Assembly (NCBI RefSeq): GCF_009914755.1 | Contig: NC_060940.1 | Direction: 5' to 3' (one strand) | Source: the human T2T-CHM13v2.0 reference genome, Homo sapiens | Length of the DNA: 64,000 bases | Part shown: positions 50,057 to 64,000 of the stretch, in pieces | How positions within the stretch are numbered: the stretch's first letter is position 1 | Layout: the number at the start of each line of letters is the position of its first letter | Position numbers and translations under genes: made by a program | Notes under the pieces: generated by a model | Seen by the model: only the letters and a program-made list of their open reading frames with translations | Told to the model about the DNA's origin: nothing | Database searches by the model: none

Positions 50057-51614
50057 TCATCTTCTGCAGGAAGGAGAGGAAAACCAGAACTTAGGGAAGG
50101 GACATTGGTCTGAGCACCCTGCCTTCAATGTCAAGTTAATGAGAAAGGTTAGAAAAGAACACTTAAAAATAATCTGTCACTGCTATAGTTGCAAACAATG
50201 GGGAAAAGAGGAAGTGGTGAGAAATGAATCTGTCATGTAGACTCCATGAGGGTTATTAGCAGATTGATCCTGAAAGAGCAAGAAAGGTCTGATTTGTTGG
50301 TAAAATACTCAGCTATAATGAAAACAAAAAAGAGGAGAATCATGCAGACATCCTTCCTCCTCCATCCTCCATTTACAGTCAAAGCCTTGTTTCCTCCACA
50401 GCAGCTCTTAGGACTCTGGGAAAGAAATGGCTGATGAAGAAATTTTGGAGATTTGACTGCTGAGTCCCTAGTCTGGTATTGTTAAGAGTCATCCAGGAAA
50501 GACACATGTCACCCCTCCTAGCTCTGCTCTGGGTTTTGTTTCTCTCTGGCACAATGTCCTATGAAGACTGGACTATAGGTGGCCTGGTCTTATTCGGGTT
50601 ACACACCGCTCCACTCTGCTCACTGGGCCCCCACTGCACTAGACTTCTCTCAGGACCTTCAGTATCACACTGCAGCTTCCCACAAGTTCTTCCCACAGCT
50701 TGGATTCCAGCCTCTGCCCATGTGTCTCCCCTTCTACATCCACACAACCCACATTATTTACTCCTGTTCATCTTTCTGATTGTTGCGCAAACATTATTTC
50801 TAGAGAGATTTTCCTGATGCTGCCCAACCTGGCTCAGTTTCCTTTATCTATACAGTCCCATGCCCTCCTTATCATACTTATAAAATGACATATTCAGTAG
50901 GCTTGTGTATTTTTCCACCTTTTGATGGAGCTCCATGAGAATAGGGACCAAGGCTGCCCTTATATGCACTGTGTGAAGGGATCTAGCAAAGGGGCAGTTG
51001 GGGCTTAAAACTAGCCTTCGATTTGCTGACCTGGCAAGGCTTGGCTGTCATACAACCTGGGGTATCCCCAGCACCTAGCACAGTGCCTGACTCAGAGCAG
51101 GTCCCCAGGAATCGTGGATTGATTGACACTGTCTGGCTAGGTCCCAGCACCATCCATCATGAGACAGAAAAAAAAAAATCCGCTTCCCAGGCAGAGCAGC
51201 CTCCAAGGCCCACGTGGCCCACGGCACCTCCTCATCAGCACGCACTTCATGCTGGCCAGCCATCAGCCAAGCTGCAATCTCAATAAATCAAGAGGCTGGG
51301 GCACCATTTCCCAGGGACCTGCCAGAGTGCCCCTGGGCGCCCAATGAGGCTGAGAGTTCTGCTGCCGGTCGTGGATCTTTAACTCTCAAAAGCAATTGGT
51401 GAAAAACACCAATGGATTGTGAAAGAAGTGATCACTCCTCCTTTCCTCTGTAGGTAGAGGTTGACAGTCAAATCTAGTTTCAAGGTCTCTGTCTCTTTGC
51501 GGTCCTAGGTAAATACGATCATCTCTCGAAACTTTCATTCCTCCATCTGTAAAATAGGTATGATACTCATCCCTACCATCCAATGTGTGGAGATCCACAT
51601 AATGCTCTAATATA

Positions 51615-51690
51615 CTAGGTTGGTGTGAAAGTAATTGCATTTTTTTCTCATAAAAGTGGCAAAACTGCAATTACTTTTGTGCCAACCTAA
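51615..51690. mobile_element. MADE1 mariner MITE (palindromic)
   Basis: taggttggtgtgaaagtaattgca...tgcaattacttttgtgccaaccta; TA TSD. Confidence 0.92.
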
Positions 51691-52649
51691 TAGTACACGG
51701 CACAGTATATACAATGTGTAATATAGTACATAGTACATAGCAGATTATATATATAAATTATATATATACATATAAAAATAAACATACACACACACAGACA
51801 CACACACGCACATATATATAATGAAGCCTCTCCCTTTAATGGCCCAAGATTGAGCCAAAAGGAAATACAGGGAATTAAACCATGAGGACAGAAATCTCCA
51901 TCTAGGCTGTCTTGGTTGTTCTGCTCACATTCCCCTACCCAGGCTTGCAACCTCCCGTGAGGCTGTCTGAGCCTGGACACACCCCTAGAATCTTCATTGC
52001 CAACAAAAGAAGAGAAAGGGAATAAGGGGTATTTGTGTGGAATCTGAAAGAGACAAACACACTCCTTGTTCTTCTCAATACAGGTGTTTCCAAAGCTGCT
52101 AGAGAGACCCAGAGCTTAGAGTTGTGATGACACAAGGGTAGGTGATGTGGACAATGACCGGGGCCCCCAGCCAAAACCATCCCTGTTTATCTGTTCCACA
52201 GAATGGTGTTCAACATCAGTTCTTGTCTGGTGGAGGGGGAAGAGATTGTGCTAATGAATAAACATACAAAGTAGACAAATGTTTATCACTCCTTACTAGC
52301 ATAAGATTCCATGCGTACAAAACCATATAAGCTGTCTATATGTGTGAGTACAGCTCTAGAAAGACAGAAATGATTGTATTGGATGCCAGCTTAAAGTTGG
52401 GAAATACCATTAGAAGAAATCGCAACTTGAGAATCTTGCATTTTATTGCCAAGTGTTTGGTTTTAACGAGAGTCTAAATGTGCTCACCCATTCACTCATC
52501 CCTCCCATAAATATTCCCTGTGGCCCATTATGAGTTTGACACTCTGCTAGGCTCTGGAAGACAGGCAGAATGATGGAAAGAATCATTTTCTAGAAATGAC
52601 TAAATCCTAGTTAAAAAGGGGAAATATTTAAACTATTAGTGACAATATA

Positions 52650-53170
52650 ATTTATGCATTCCGCTAGTACATGCGGAACAACTCCTGCATTTCAAGAATT
52701 ATTCTAGACACGAGGGATACAGTAGCAAGCAAAATATAAAGATTTCTCTTTTCATGGAACTTGTGTTCTAGCGGGGGGAAAGTGCCCAATAAAAAAATAA
52801 GCGAATAAATGCATAATTCATACTAGCTAGTGATAAATGCTTTTATAGTAAAGCAGGTAAAAGATGAAGAGTGATGAGAAGGGGCTACTGTTTTAGATCA
52901 AGCAGCTGGGAAAAGTCATTTGGAAGAGGTGACATTTGGTCAAAGAGCTGAATCAAATGAGGCAGTAAGTCATAGCAGGTGGAAGGGAGGTGTATTCCAG
53001 GCAGAAGGGAGCAAGTGAGCGACAGCCCTGATGAGCAGGGTACCTGGAATATTCCAGAAGCAGTGGGAGAAATGAGTGCGGCTGAAGCCCAGGGAGCAGT
53101 GGAGAGATACTGGGGAGAGTGGTGAGGCCACATCATGTAACACAGCCTGCGTTGCTGAGCAGCCTTCAAC
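52650..53170 (-). mobile_element. L2 fragment
   Basis: ggggatacagtag...catggaacttgtgttctag...tattccaggcagaagggagca. Confidence 0.7.
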
Positions 53171-53834
53171 AGGATGCAAGCCCTGACAACGAAAGAATAG
53201 TTAACTCAGAAAAAAACAAAACCAAAACTAAAACCCAGCTGCTACGGTAATGGAATTGGGCAAGCAAAACCGATAGTTCATGAAACACAGGAGCAAGACA
53301 CCTGAGACCTGGCTCACCCAGCAAGGTGGCTGCAGAGCTGCTTAGACTTGGAGAAGCAGGGGATTCCCTGTTATTTCCAACTAATAGGAGGAGTCAGAGT
53401 GCAGAATGAAGATGTGCTCTGCTAGCCACCTCTAGAGAACATCTCTCCTCATTTTTGACTGCCCAGAACCTACCTATGCTGAGGGAATCCTCCTGGTCTC
53501 TGTTCCCACCTTTCTCTACAGAAGCTGATACCAGTTTTCCCAGCTTCCCTTGCAGCTAGGGTAAAAGCACGTGACCTCATTTCCACCAATCAGCTTGCTT
53601 GCTCCAGCCTTCACCATGGAAGCTGGCATTTCCCTCAATGGTGGCTTTCCCTCTGGAGGCTCTAGGGGAGAATTCCTTCTTTGCTTCTTCATCTGCTGGT
53701 GGCTGCTGGCATTCCTTGAATTCTGGCTGCATCACTCTCATTGCTACCTGCATGGTCAGGCTTCCTTCTCTTCTCTGTGTCTTCTCTTCTGATGGTATTA
53801 AGACTCTTTCTGTTTCACTTTTTAAAAAATCTCA

Positions 53835-54690
53835 TTTTTATTTATTTTTTAAAATATTTACTTTTATTTCAATAGTTTTGGGGAAACGTGTAGTGTTTGG
53901 TTGCATGGAAAAGTTCTTTAGTGGTGGGCTGGGTGTGGTGGCTCACGCCTGTAATCTCAGCACTTCGGGAGGCTGAGGTGGGCAGATCACTTGAGGGGAA
54001 GAGTTCAAGACCAGCCTGGCCAACATGGTGAAACCCTATCTCTACTAAAAATACAAAAAAAAAAAAAAATATCCAGGCGTGGTTGCATGCACCTGTAATC
54101 GCAGCTACTCAGGAGGCTGAGGCACTAGAATCACTTGAAACCCAGGAGGCAGAGGTTGCAGTAAGCTGAAATTGGGCCAGTGCACCCTAGCCTGGGTGAC
54201 AGAGCAAGACTCTGTCTCCAAAAAAAAAAAAAAAAGAGAGAGAGAAAGAGAAAGAAAAGTTCTTAAGTAGTGATTTCTGAGATTTTTGTGCACCTGAGTA
54301 GTGTAACTGTAACCAGTGTGTAGTCTTTTATCCCTCACCCCCCTCCCCATGTACCCCCAAGTCCCCAAAGTCTACTGTATCATTTCTATGCTTTTGCATC
54401 CTCATAGCTTAGCTCCCACTTATGAGTAAGAACATACAATATTTGGTTTTCCATTCGCGAGTTACTTCATTTAAAATAATGGTCTCTAACTCCATCCAGA
54501 TTGTCGTGAGTGCCATTATTTTGTCCCTCTTTATGGCTGAGTAGTATTCCACAGTATCTATATATACCACATTTTCTTTATCCACTTGTTGGTTGATGGG
54601 CATTTAGGCTGGTTTTATATTTTTGCAATTGTGAACTGTGCTGCTATAAACATGCATGTGCAAGTGTCTATTTCATATAATGACTTCTGC
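53835..54690 (-). mobile_element. L1PB/L1MA 3' end with nested Alu (53927-54250, +), inside MLT1 LTR pieces
   Basis: catcctcatagcttagctcccacttatgag...atggctgagtagtattcca; Alu TSD aaagttctt(t/a)agt. Confidence 0.88.
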
Positions 54691-54906
54691 TTCGCTCTTA
54701 GGACACTTGTCATTGGATTCAGGGTTCACGTGGATAATCCAGAATGATTTCCTCATCTCAGGGCCTTTAAATTATTTCCATCTGTAAAGACTCCATTTGC
54801 CAAATAAAGCCACATTTACAGATTTCAGGGATTAGGACATGGTCATATCTTTTTGGAGGCCACCGTCCCATCCCCTATGCCACCTCCTAGAGATCTTATG
54901 AACTAA

Positions 54907-55210
<304 letters not shown>

Positions 55211-55849
55211 ACTAATAACTTCTAATACTTTTTTTTTCCTTTTCGTTGATACCAGCCTGAATTGGTTTGTTTTTTGTCAAACAGAAGCTTGACATGGACC
55301 CCACCCTATCTCTCTATTCCTGGCCACCAAAGAGGACAAGATGTCTGGAATGCAGCCCTGCTTGGGGGCATAAGTGTGAGACTTTGGTTCCAGCTGATAT
55401 GCACAACTCTCTGCCTTCCCGTCTGCTCACTTTGACTCCTGCCTCGTAGTAAAGGAACGGACCTCCCATGTCAGAAGCTCTGTGGTTGAGACATTTTCTT
55501 TTAGGTTAAAACATGTCTTCTGGCCCTAAGAGATTGGGATGTGAAACCCACCACAAAGAGTGGAGGGAAGCTGGCTGGGTGGTCAGCCTCACCACATCAA
55601 CTATTTATGGCTTTGTTAAAAAATAAAAACCAGAGCAAACTCACCCATAGAAACCTACAGAACATGCATGAGCCTTTAGGAGACTTCAGGAGGGACAGTG
55701 TTGTCTCCTAAGCTGTCTTGCACCAGTGGTGTCGGTGCGTGGGGGTGAGAAAGGAAATCTCACGGGAAACTTTCCATGAATACTTGGAGCCTATTATGAG
55801 CAAGAAAACGACAATATGACAAACACAAGAAGCAATATCTCACGGTGGT

Positions 55850-56060
55850 TACACCCATGTGCTTCAGAGCCAGAGAGATATGGGTAGAAGCCTGAAAACT
55901 GATACCACTGCTTACCATCTGTGTGATTTTGAGGATTTTTTAAAAACCTGAGCCTCAGTTTCCTCATCTTTGAAGGGTATTAATGCCTGCCTTGTTTTTT
56001 TGTCTGTTTTGTGAGGATTAAATAGATTCAGTAAAGCTCTTAGCTTAGTATTGGTGTATG
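55850..56060 (+). mobile_element. MIR
   Basis: ctgagcctcagtttcctcatct...tgtgaggattaaat. Confidence 0.8.
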
Positions 56061-56618
56061 TGAATATGTGAAGACATCTTATATTCCTTTGCCACTATTG
56101 TCATCCCTCTTATCTAAATAGCATCATCTTGAATTCAGTTAAATCTGTGGACGTATTGTCTCTTAGTGCATGTGCTGTACTCCACAGTGTCTGGCACGTG
56201 ATAGGTGCTACATGAATTTTTGGTTTATAAAGCTGTATTGTTTTGATGGGTGTGTAATCAGAGTTTAACGGACCAGAAGGTGACAAAATTCAATTGATCC
56301 TCCTAGACATGGTGCCATATTTCTCTGGCTCCATTCTAACTATAATGCCAGTAATTTCAATCTCCACCTAAATAAAGCTCATCACTATCACTCCCCCACC
56401 ATGTCTGGGAGTCCCTAGGACAATGTCTCACCTGTTCTTGCATTTCTGGTTTGTTTGGGCATCAGTGACACCTGCCATTCTCTTTCTGCTCTGCACTGCC
56501 CACTATGGATGAGGATACCATAGGTGAAGGGTTATGAGATGAGGTTGAATGACTGTGATATTCCAAAAATTTCCAGTTGAATCAAATATCACTGAGCTCT
56601 GCGACCCTGGCTGGCTAA

Positions 56619-56930
<312 letters not shown>

Positions 56931-57281
56931 CATCACACAATCTTTTTAAGTCTGAGTTTTATCATCTGCAAAATGGGGGAGATCTATCTTCCTCATAGGG
57001 ATGATGATTAAATGAAATAATGAACACAAAAGGAATAGCCTGGTATGCATTAGGTACTAAATAAATGCCAACTATCATTTTTATCTCCTTGATGAATTAT
57101 TTTCCTAGTGGCTATACCACCCCACGTGCCAATAATGACTTTTGGTAGATATGCCATATCTAGTCAGATATTTGGGGGTGGTGGGAGAGTGAGCTGGTGG
57201 CAGAGAAGGTGGGGACAGAGACTTTCTATTATGGCATCTCGGAGGAATAAAATAGTAACTGTCAGAAACGTGATGCTATAG

Positions 57282-57645
<364 letters not shown>

Positions 57646-59199
57646 TGGATTGTGAAGTTTTAACTCCAGTGCTGTCATTTGCTAGCAAATGCCCTTGGGT
57701 AAGTTCTTTAATCTTGCAATGTCTCAGTTTTTAAATCTGCAAATAGGGATAATAATACCTATTTCACAGGACTGTAAGGATAATTGAATAAGTTCATTCA
57801 TGTCAAGCACTCAACATGACTTCTAACATGTAATAATTAATCAATAAATATTGACTATTATTAGTTTCCCAGTGAATCAATCAAGAACGTACATTTTTAA
57901 AAAAATCCTTAAGTGCCACTTTGTGGATAGATCTGCCCTTACCGTGTCCAAGGGATCTATGTGCCTTCAAATGTTCGAGTCACATTTCACCTAGATGCTC
58001 AGATATGCAGAAATTCTAAGGATAAACCACCTAAACTACTGCTATGTGTACAGACCTGTGTACAAAGGGCTAACATATTGAGCTGGGCTTTCTTCTTTAT
58101 TGGAATGCACCCATGTTTGCTGATGAGAATTTTCTACCTGAAAGGGTTCATGAAAGTGGAAGATTGTACAGACCATTTGTGAAATTTTGTGTCCACCACC
58201 CAGACCTGGGAAGTTCAACAATGTAATGGCTCCTGTCTTGACATGTCATGGAATGGTCAAGGAAATGAACGGGTTTCTCAGGGGTGTTTGGTTGTAAGCC
58301 CAAGAAACTGACTCAAATCAGTCCAAGCTTTATTGGAAGTATTCAAGCGTACTTCCTGGAGCACACAGACAGATAGTATAGTTGGGCTCACAGGGTCTAG
58401 AATCAGAAACTGGACCTATTAGGGTCCAAGGCAACTCTTCCCTCTCTCTGCTCTGGTGCTTTCAGCTAGTTCGCTTCGTTTCTTCCTTTGCAGAGTGACC
58501 TTTTCTGCCTCTCTTGCCCACAACCCAAAGACCCAAAGGTGGCCACCCCATTTTTATGTCCTCTCAGTACTAGTGCCCCCAAAAAACTGGCAAGAACAAC
58601 CAAGTCCAACTCCAAATTCCCAGGGGAAATGATTGGCCAGGAAAAGAGGCCAAAAACATGTGGTGACTCACGAAGACTCAATCTATGGAAGGACCACTTG
58701 ACAAAGATCCAAGTCAGAATCCTCTGGGGCATTCAGCTGGCCATTGGCTATTTCAGGTCGGTACACTGTCTTCTGCTTCTTGATGTCTAGGTCTCGGGGA
58801 AGGACCACGTGGCCTGCTGGCTCATGGGGCTCCATGTACCCTTCTGCACTTCTCCAAAGGGCCAGCCTTTTTTGCTGCACCAGAGGCTCTGCTCATACCC
58901 TTCCCTCTACTTTGAACACTTTTCCCTGCACCCTCTCGTCCTACACTTTTGCATACCTAGCTCCTCCTCCTCCCTCAGGTCTCACGTTAATTTCACCTCC
59001 ATGGAGAGACTGCTCTCCACGCCCTACATTTGTAACTTTCTCTGGCGCTCTACATCCCCTATATGTTCCCTTTATGGAACTAACACAGTCTGAATTAAAT
59101 GCTTATAATAGTAGCTAACACCCACATGATATTTCCTACGTGCTGGATATTTTCATAAGAGCTTTGTACATGTGAATTTTTTTAATCCATCAACAAATG

Positions 59200-59497
59200 G
59201 GGCAGGCATAGTGACTCACACCTGTAATCCCAGCACTTAAGTGATCAAGAGGATCACTTGAGCTCAGGAGATCGAGACCAGCCTGGCCAACATAGTGAAA
59301 CCCCTTCTCTACCAAAAAATACAAAAAATTAGCTGGGTGTAATGGTGCATGCCTATGGTCCCAGCTACTGGGGAGGCTGAGGTGGAAGAATCACTTGAAC
59401 CCGGAGGTGGAGATGGCAGTGAGCTGAGATCGTGCCACTGCCTTCCAGCCTGGGTGACAGAGTGAGACCCTGTCTCAAAAAAACAAAACAAAACAAA
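59200..59497 (+). mobile_element. Alu with rearranged left arm
   Basis: Alu body; ttgggaggccgagg replaced by an inverted copy of adjacent sequence. Confidence 0.9.
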
Positions 59498-60002
59498 GCT
59501 ATGGAATAGGCATTCTTAGTCTCTCTTGTTCCACAAATGAGAAAACTGGGGCACAGAGAGGCTAGCTAACTTGCCCAAGATCACTCTGCAAAGGGTCTAG
59601 TTCCGTAGTCTGCACTGTAAGCCTCTGCTGCCTCTTGACCCCAACAACATTCTACAGCTTATGGGATTGATTAGTTATTTTATGTCTGCCTCTTCTACTG
59701 GAGTTTAGGCTCTGTGTAGTCAGGGACTGCACTGATCAGGCCCACTGTGTATCTTCATTGCTTATCGGAATACCTGGCCCTTAGAAAATATTTGCCAGAT
59801 GAATGAACACATGAAAATAAGAATATATTAACTGGCTTAAAAAAGAACAACCCAGATTCCTGCCTGAATGAGAAGAGGGAGCCAGGTAAGTCTCCCAGGA
59901 CTTTAAGGGGGTGTATGTGGGATTCAAGAGAGGAAGCTTTTCCAAAAATAGCAGCAGGAGAGGACTGGGAGAAGAGATCCTTCTCATGGAATAGCTTGCT
60001 TT

Positions 60003-60023
60003 CTGCTGCTGCTGCTGCTGCTG
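60003..60023. repeat. (CTG)7
   Basis: Direct reading. Confidence 0.9.
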
Positions 60024-60544
60024 TCATTTCTGTCCTGTGGTCCCCTTCCACCCAGTCTCAGGTTGCCAATCTGAGCTTAATGGACCTGCTTTCATGCCCT
60101 GAGAGGTGGGAGCAGCTGGCATTAATAAATGGAGAGCACTTCAAGAAACAACTGAGTAGAGGCTCCTGAGATGTCCTGAGCTTAGGCATGAGACACTGAT
60201 GGTGGCTCCCTCTTGACCTGGATTGTTTGTGGCAGGAAGAACAAAGAGGTTGGGGGTGGAGGAAATGTGGAGGGGTCTCGGGAGGGGGTTCCACCTCCAA
60301 ATGTATCCAGAATCCTATTCTTTCTCATTTTCTCCACCTCTATCACCTGGGCCCCAGCCATGTGGGACTACAACGGCCTCCTAACTGCTCCCCCAGGTTT
60401 CAAGCACCCCCCCACCACTCTGCTATCTTCTCAACTCAGCCACCAGAGCCACCCTGTTAGAACCCAGAGACCCCCAGTTCATGTTGCTTCTCCGCTCAGA
60501 GCCCTCCAGGGCACCACGGAATTCAAGGCAAAAGCCAAAGTCCT

Positions 60545-60845
60545 GGCTGGATGCAGTGGCTCACGCCTGTAATCCCAGCACTTTAGGAGGCTGAGGTGGG
60601 CGGATCACAAGGTCAGGAGATTGAGACCATCCTGGCCAACATGGTGAAACCCCGTCTCTACTAAAAATACAAAAATTATCTGGGCATGGTGGCGCACCTG
60701 TAGTCACAGCTACTCAGGAGGCTGAGGCAGGAGAATCGCTTGAACCCAGGAGGCAGAGGTTGCCATGAGCCAAGATCGCACCACCGCACTCCAGCCTGGC
60801 GATAGAGCGAGACTCCATCTAAAAAAAAAAAAAAGAAAGAAAGAA
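60545..60845 (+). mobile_element. AluSc-like, inside an L2 fragment
   Basis: TSD aaaagccaaagtcc. Confidence 0.94.
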
Positions 60846-61320
60846 AAGCCAAAGTCCCTGCAATGGAGCAAAGTCCCTACATGATCCTAGGTGATCTGGT
60901 TCCCACCCCTCCTCCCACCTCATTCTCTCCCTTACCCAGCTCTCACCTCCCACCTGCCTTGATGTTCCTTGAATGTTCACTAAATGCACCAGTCATGGCC
61001 CTACCACCAGGCCCTCACTCCAGCTATTCCCTCTCCATGCAATACTCTTCTCCAGAAAGCTGCTTCTCCAAATTCCTCACCTTCTTCAAGCCTTTGTTCT
61101 GAATGAAGCCTAATCGTCCCATGAACGGGACTTACTGTCACTGCTTGCACCTGCATGAAAACAACCTTATGCATGGAGAGTGATGGAGATGAGCGTATTC
61201 TAGCTGGGCAAAGGCAGGGTGGCAGAAAAGCCACTCTATACCACTGTGGTCAGAGCCAGAGGACCCCTGCCGCTGCTGGGGTGAGAACATGAGTAATGAG
61301 GTCAAAGGGAAATTAAGTGA

Positions 61321-61717
<397 letters not shown>

Positions 61718-62491
61718 TAACAGGAAATATATAAAGAATATAAATACATAAAGAAAATGTGGGAATCTTGATCCCATTCACACTAGTTCCTCCCAGGAGG
61801 TAATCACTGGTCTTGCTTGGCATAGATCCTTTATCAGCGCATTTGCAGGCACAGGTATTTTTTCTACCATAAATAAATGGAATCAGACTCTATGCATTGT
61901 TCTGCAATTTGCTTTTTTTATTTTAACTTGAGCATTTCTGGGAGATTTCTGTGGCACTCCATAGAGGTCTATCTCATTTTTATAATAGCTTCCCATTATT
62001 CCACGATGTGGATGAAGTGTAATTTATTTAACTTTTCCACTATTAATGGACATTTATATCCATTTGAATTTTTACCTCCTTCTGTGATTCATAGGCTCCA
62101 ATAGCTCCACTAATGTCAAGCTTTACAACGCTGCGGTATAAATGACCACATTTTTCTCTCACTGAATTTGTAAACGTCTTATCAACAACAGCACGGGGGT
62201 AGACGTGTGAGTTGGTTGCAGATGCCACGTGTGTGGGCCACGGCCGTTCCTTCTGGAGGCGGATGCTGGCTGCAGTTTGTCTGCAGTGTTTCAGTGGGGA
62301 AGAGAAAGCTCCCAGAAGAGGGCCCCTTCTCCATCTCAAACTCCCCCCGTTCCCCGGCCATTCCTCTCCTTCTCAGGCATAGTAAGGAGGCCAGCACAGT
62401 TCCTAGGATTCCAGGTCAAAGTGCATCTTGCCTTTTGACCCAAGAACCCTATCCCATTACAAATGGAATCTCAATTAATTTTACACTTGTG

Positions 62492-62840
<349 letters not shown>

Positions 62841-63659
62841 CTACTCTGTATGAATTTGTGGTTTCCTGCCCTCTCTAGTTACATGTCTCTGTCAATCCCT
62901 GTTTCTATCTGTCTGTTTCCCTTTTCTCTCCTCCACTGCAAGATACAGAATCCCATCCTCTGTAGGCAATCAATATATCCTTATTAATGATTATTAGAAA
63001 CAATGCTGGGACTGAGGAAGTGGTAGATAGCAACTCTGGGAAAATCAGATGAGAATTCATTACTCAACATTTCCCAGGTGCCTCATCCAAGACCTCATGC
63101 CCGAGAGAGCACTCAGTACCATCTTATTGATTCTAAGATGCTGCCCTTATCATGGGACATTTCTAAAACCAGCGTGGGTTCTATGATAAAAGTTTACATT
63201 TAATACAATATTTTTTAAATAACCAAGGGCATTTTATAGTGCTTCTTTATAATGCCTCTTAAATTCCTCTAAGAATGACTCAGTAGACCCTGACCATAGG
63301 AACGGAGTAAAGAATGGCTACAAAGGAAATGTTGAAGGGTACCAAGAAGCCAGCTGTAGGGCTCCCCTCTCTCCAATTCCCTCATGCCCATGATGTCTGA
63401 AAAGTCCACCATTCAGACTCTTTCTGAGGAGCCTAAGATGCCTTGGGCTCCAGAGGTGGTCCCCTGGTCTGGTGAACCTTAGCATTAGCTCCTGCTGGCT
63501 GGAATGATTGATCCAGGGATAGGCACAGCCACTGGGAATCCTTCTTAGAAAGACCTTAGAACAATTAGAAAAGACCCTCCTCCCTTTAGTTGGTAATAAG
63601 CCAATAAAAGATCAGAGACGGTGGGGGTCATCTTTGCCTTCATATGAAAAGACCTCATC

Positions 63660-63940
<281 letters not shown>

Positions 63941-64000
63941 AACAGAAGTCACTGGAGATGAGCCAACCTGGGAAGGTAGAGTCCGAAGACGGAGAGAGGG

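Noticed and set aside
59755-60169. Poly-Ala ORFs
   Set aside because: Produced by a short (CTG)7; no homology or exon support.
62170-62300. Small CpG cluster with an E-box (cacgtg)
   Set aside because: Too short for a CpG island; a single motif is not evidence of function.

Overview
Primate (human-like) genomic DNA that is intergenic or intronic and very repeat-rich: about 45 Alu copies, one full-length SVA, L1/L2/MIR fragments, many solo LTRs and several DNA-transposon relics. I found no supportable intact protein-coding exon, tRNA or rRNA; the supplied ORFs are mostly Alu, SVA, L1 or low-complexity read-throughs. The most notable signal is a ~3.2 kb fossil on the + strand (~15.55-18.77 kb). 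After the Alus, old L1, MER2 and MIR inserted into it are removed, it reads as a collinear L2-clade LINE ORF2 reverse transcriptase, with several long stop-free frames and the catalytic YADD replaced by FSFI. The window also has several local template-switch/duplication scars, two probable L1 3' transductions, an SVA nested in an L1 tail and a young AluYa5-like insertion. Repeat subfamily names and the L2 protein consensus are recalled from memory, not from a search. Repeat boundaries are approximate unless a target-site duplication (TSD) is given. I cannot name the locus.
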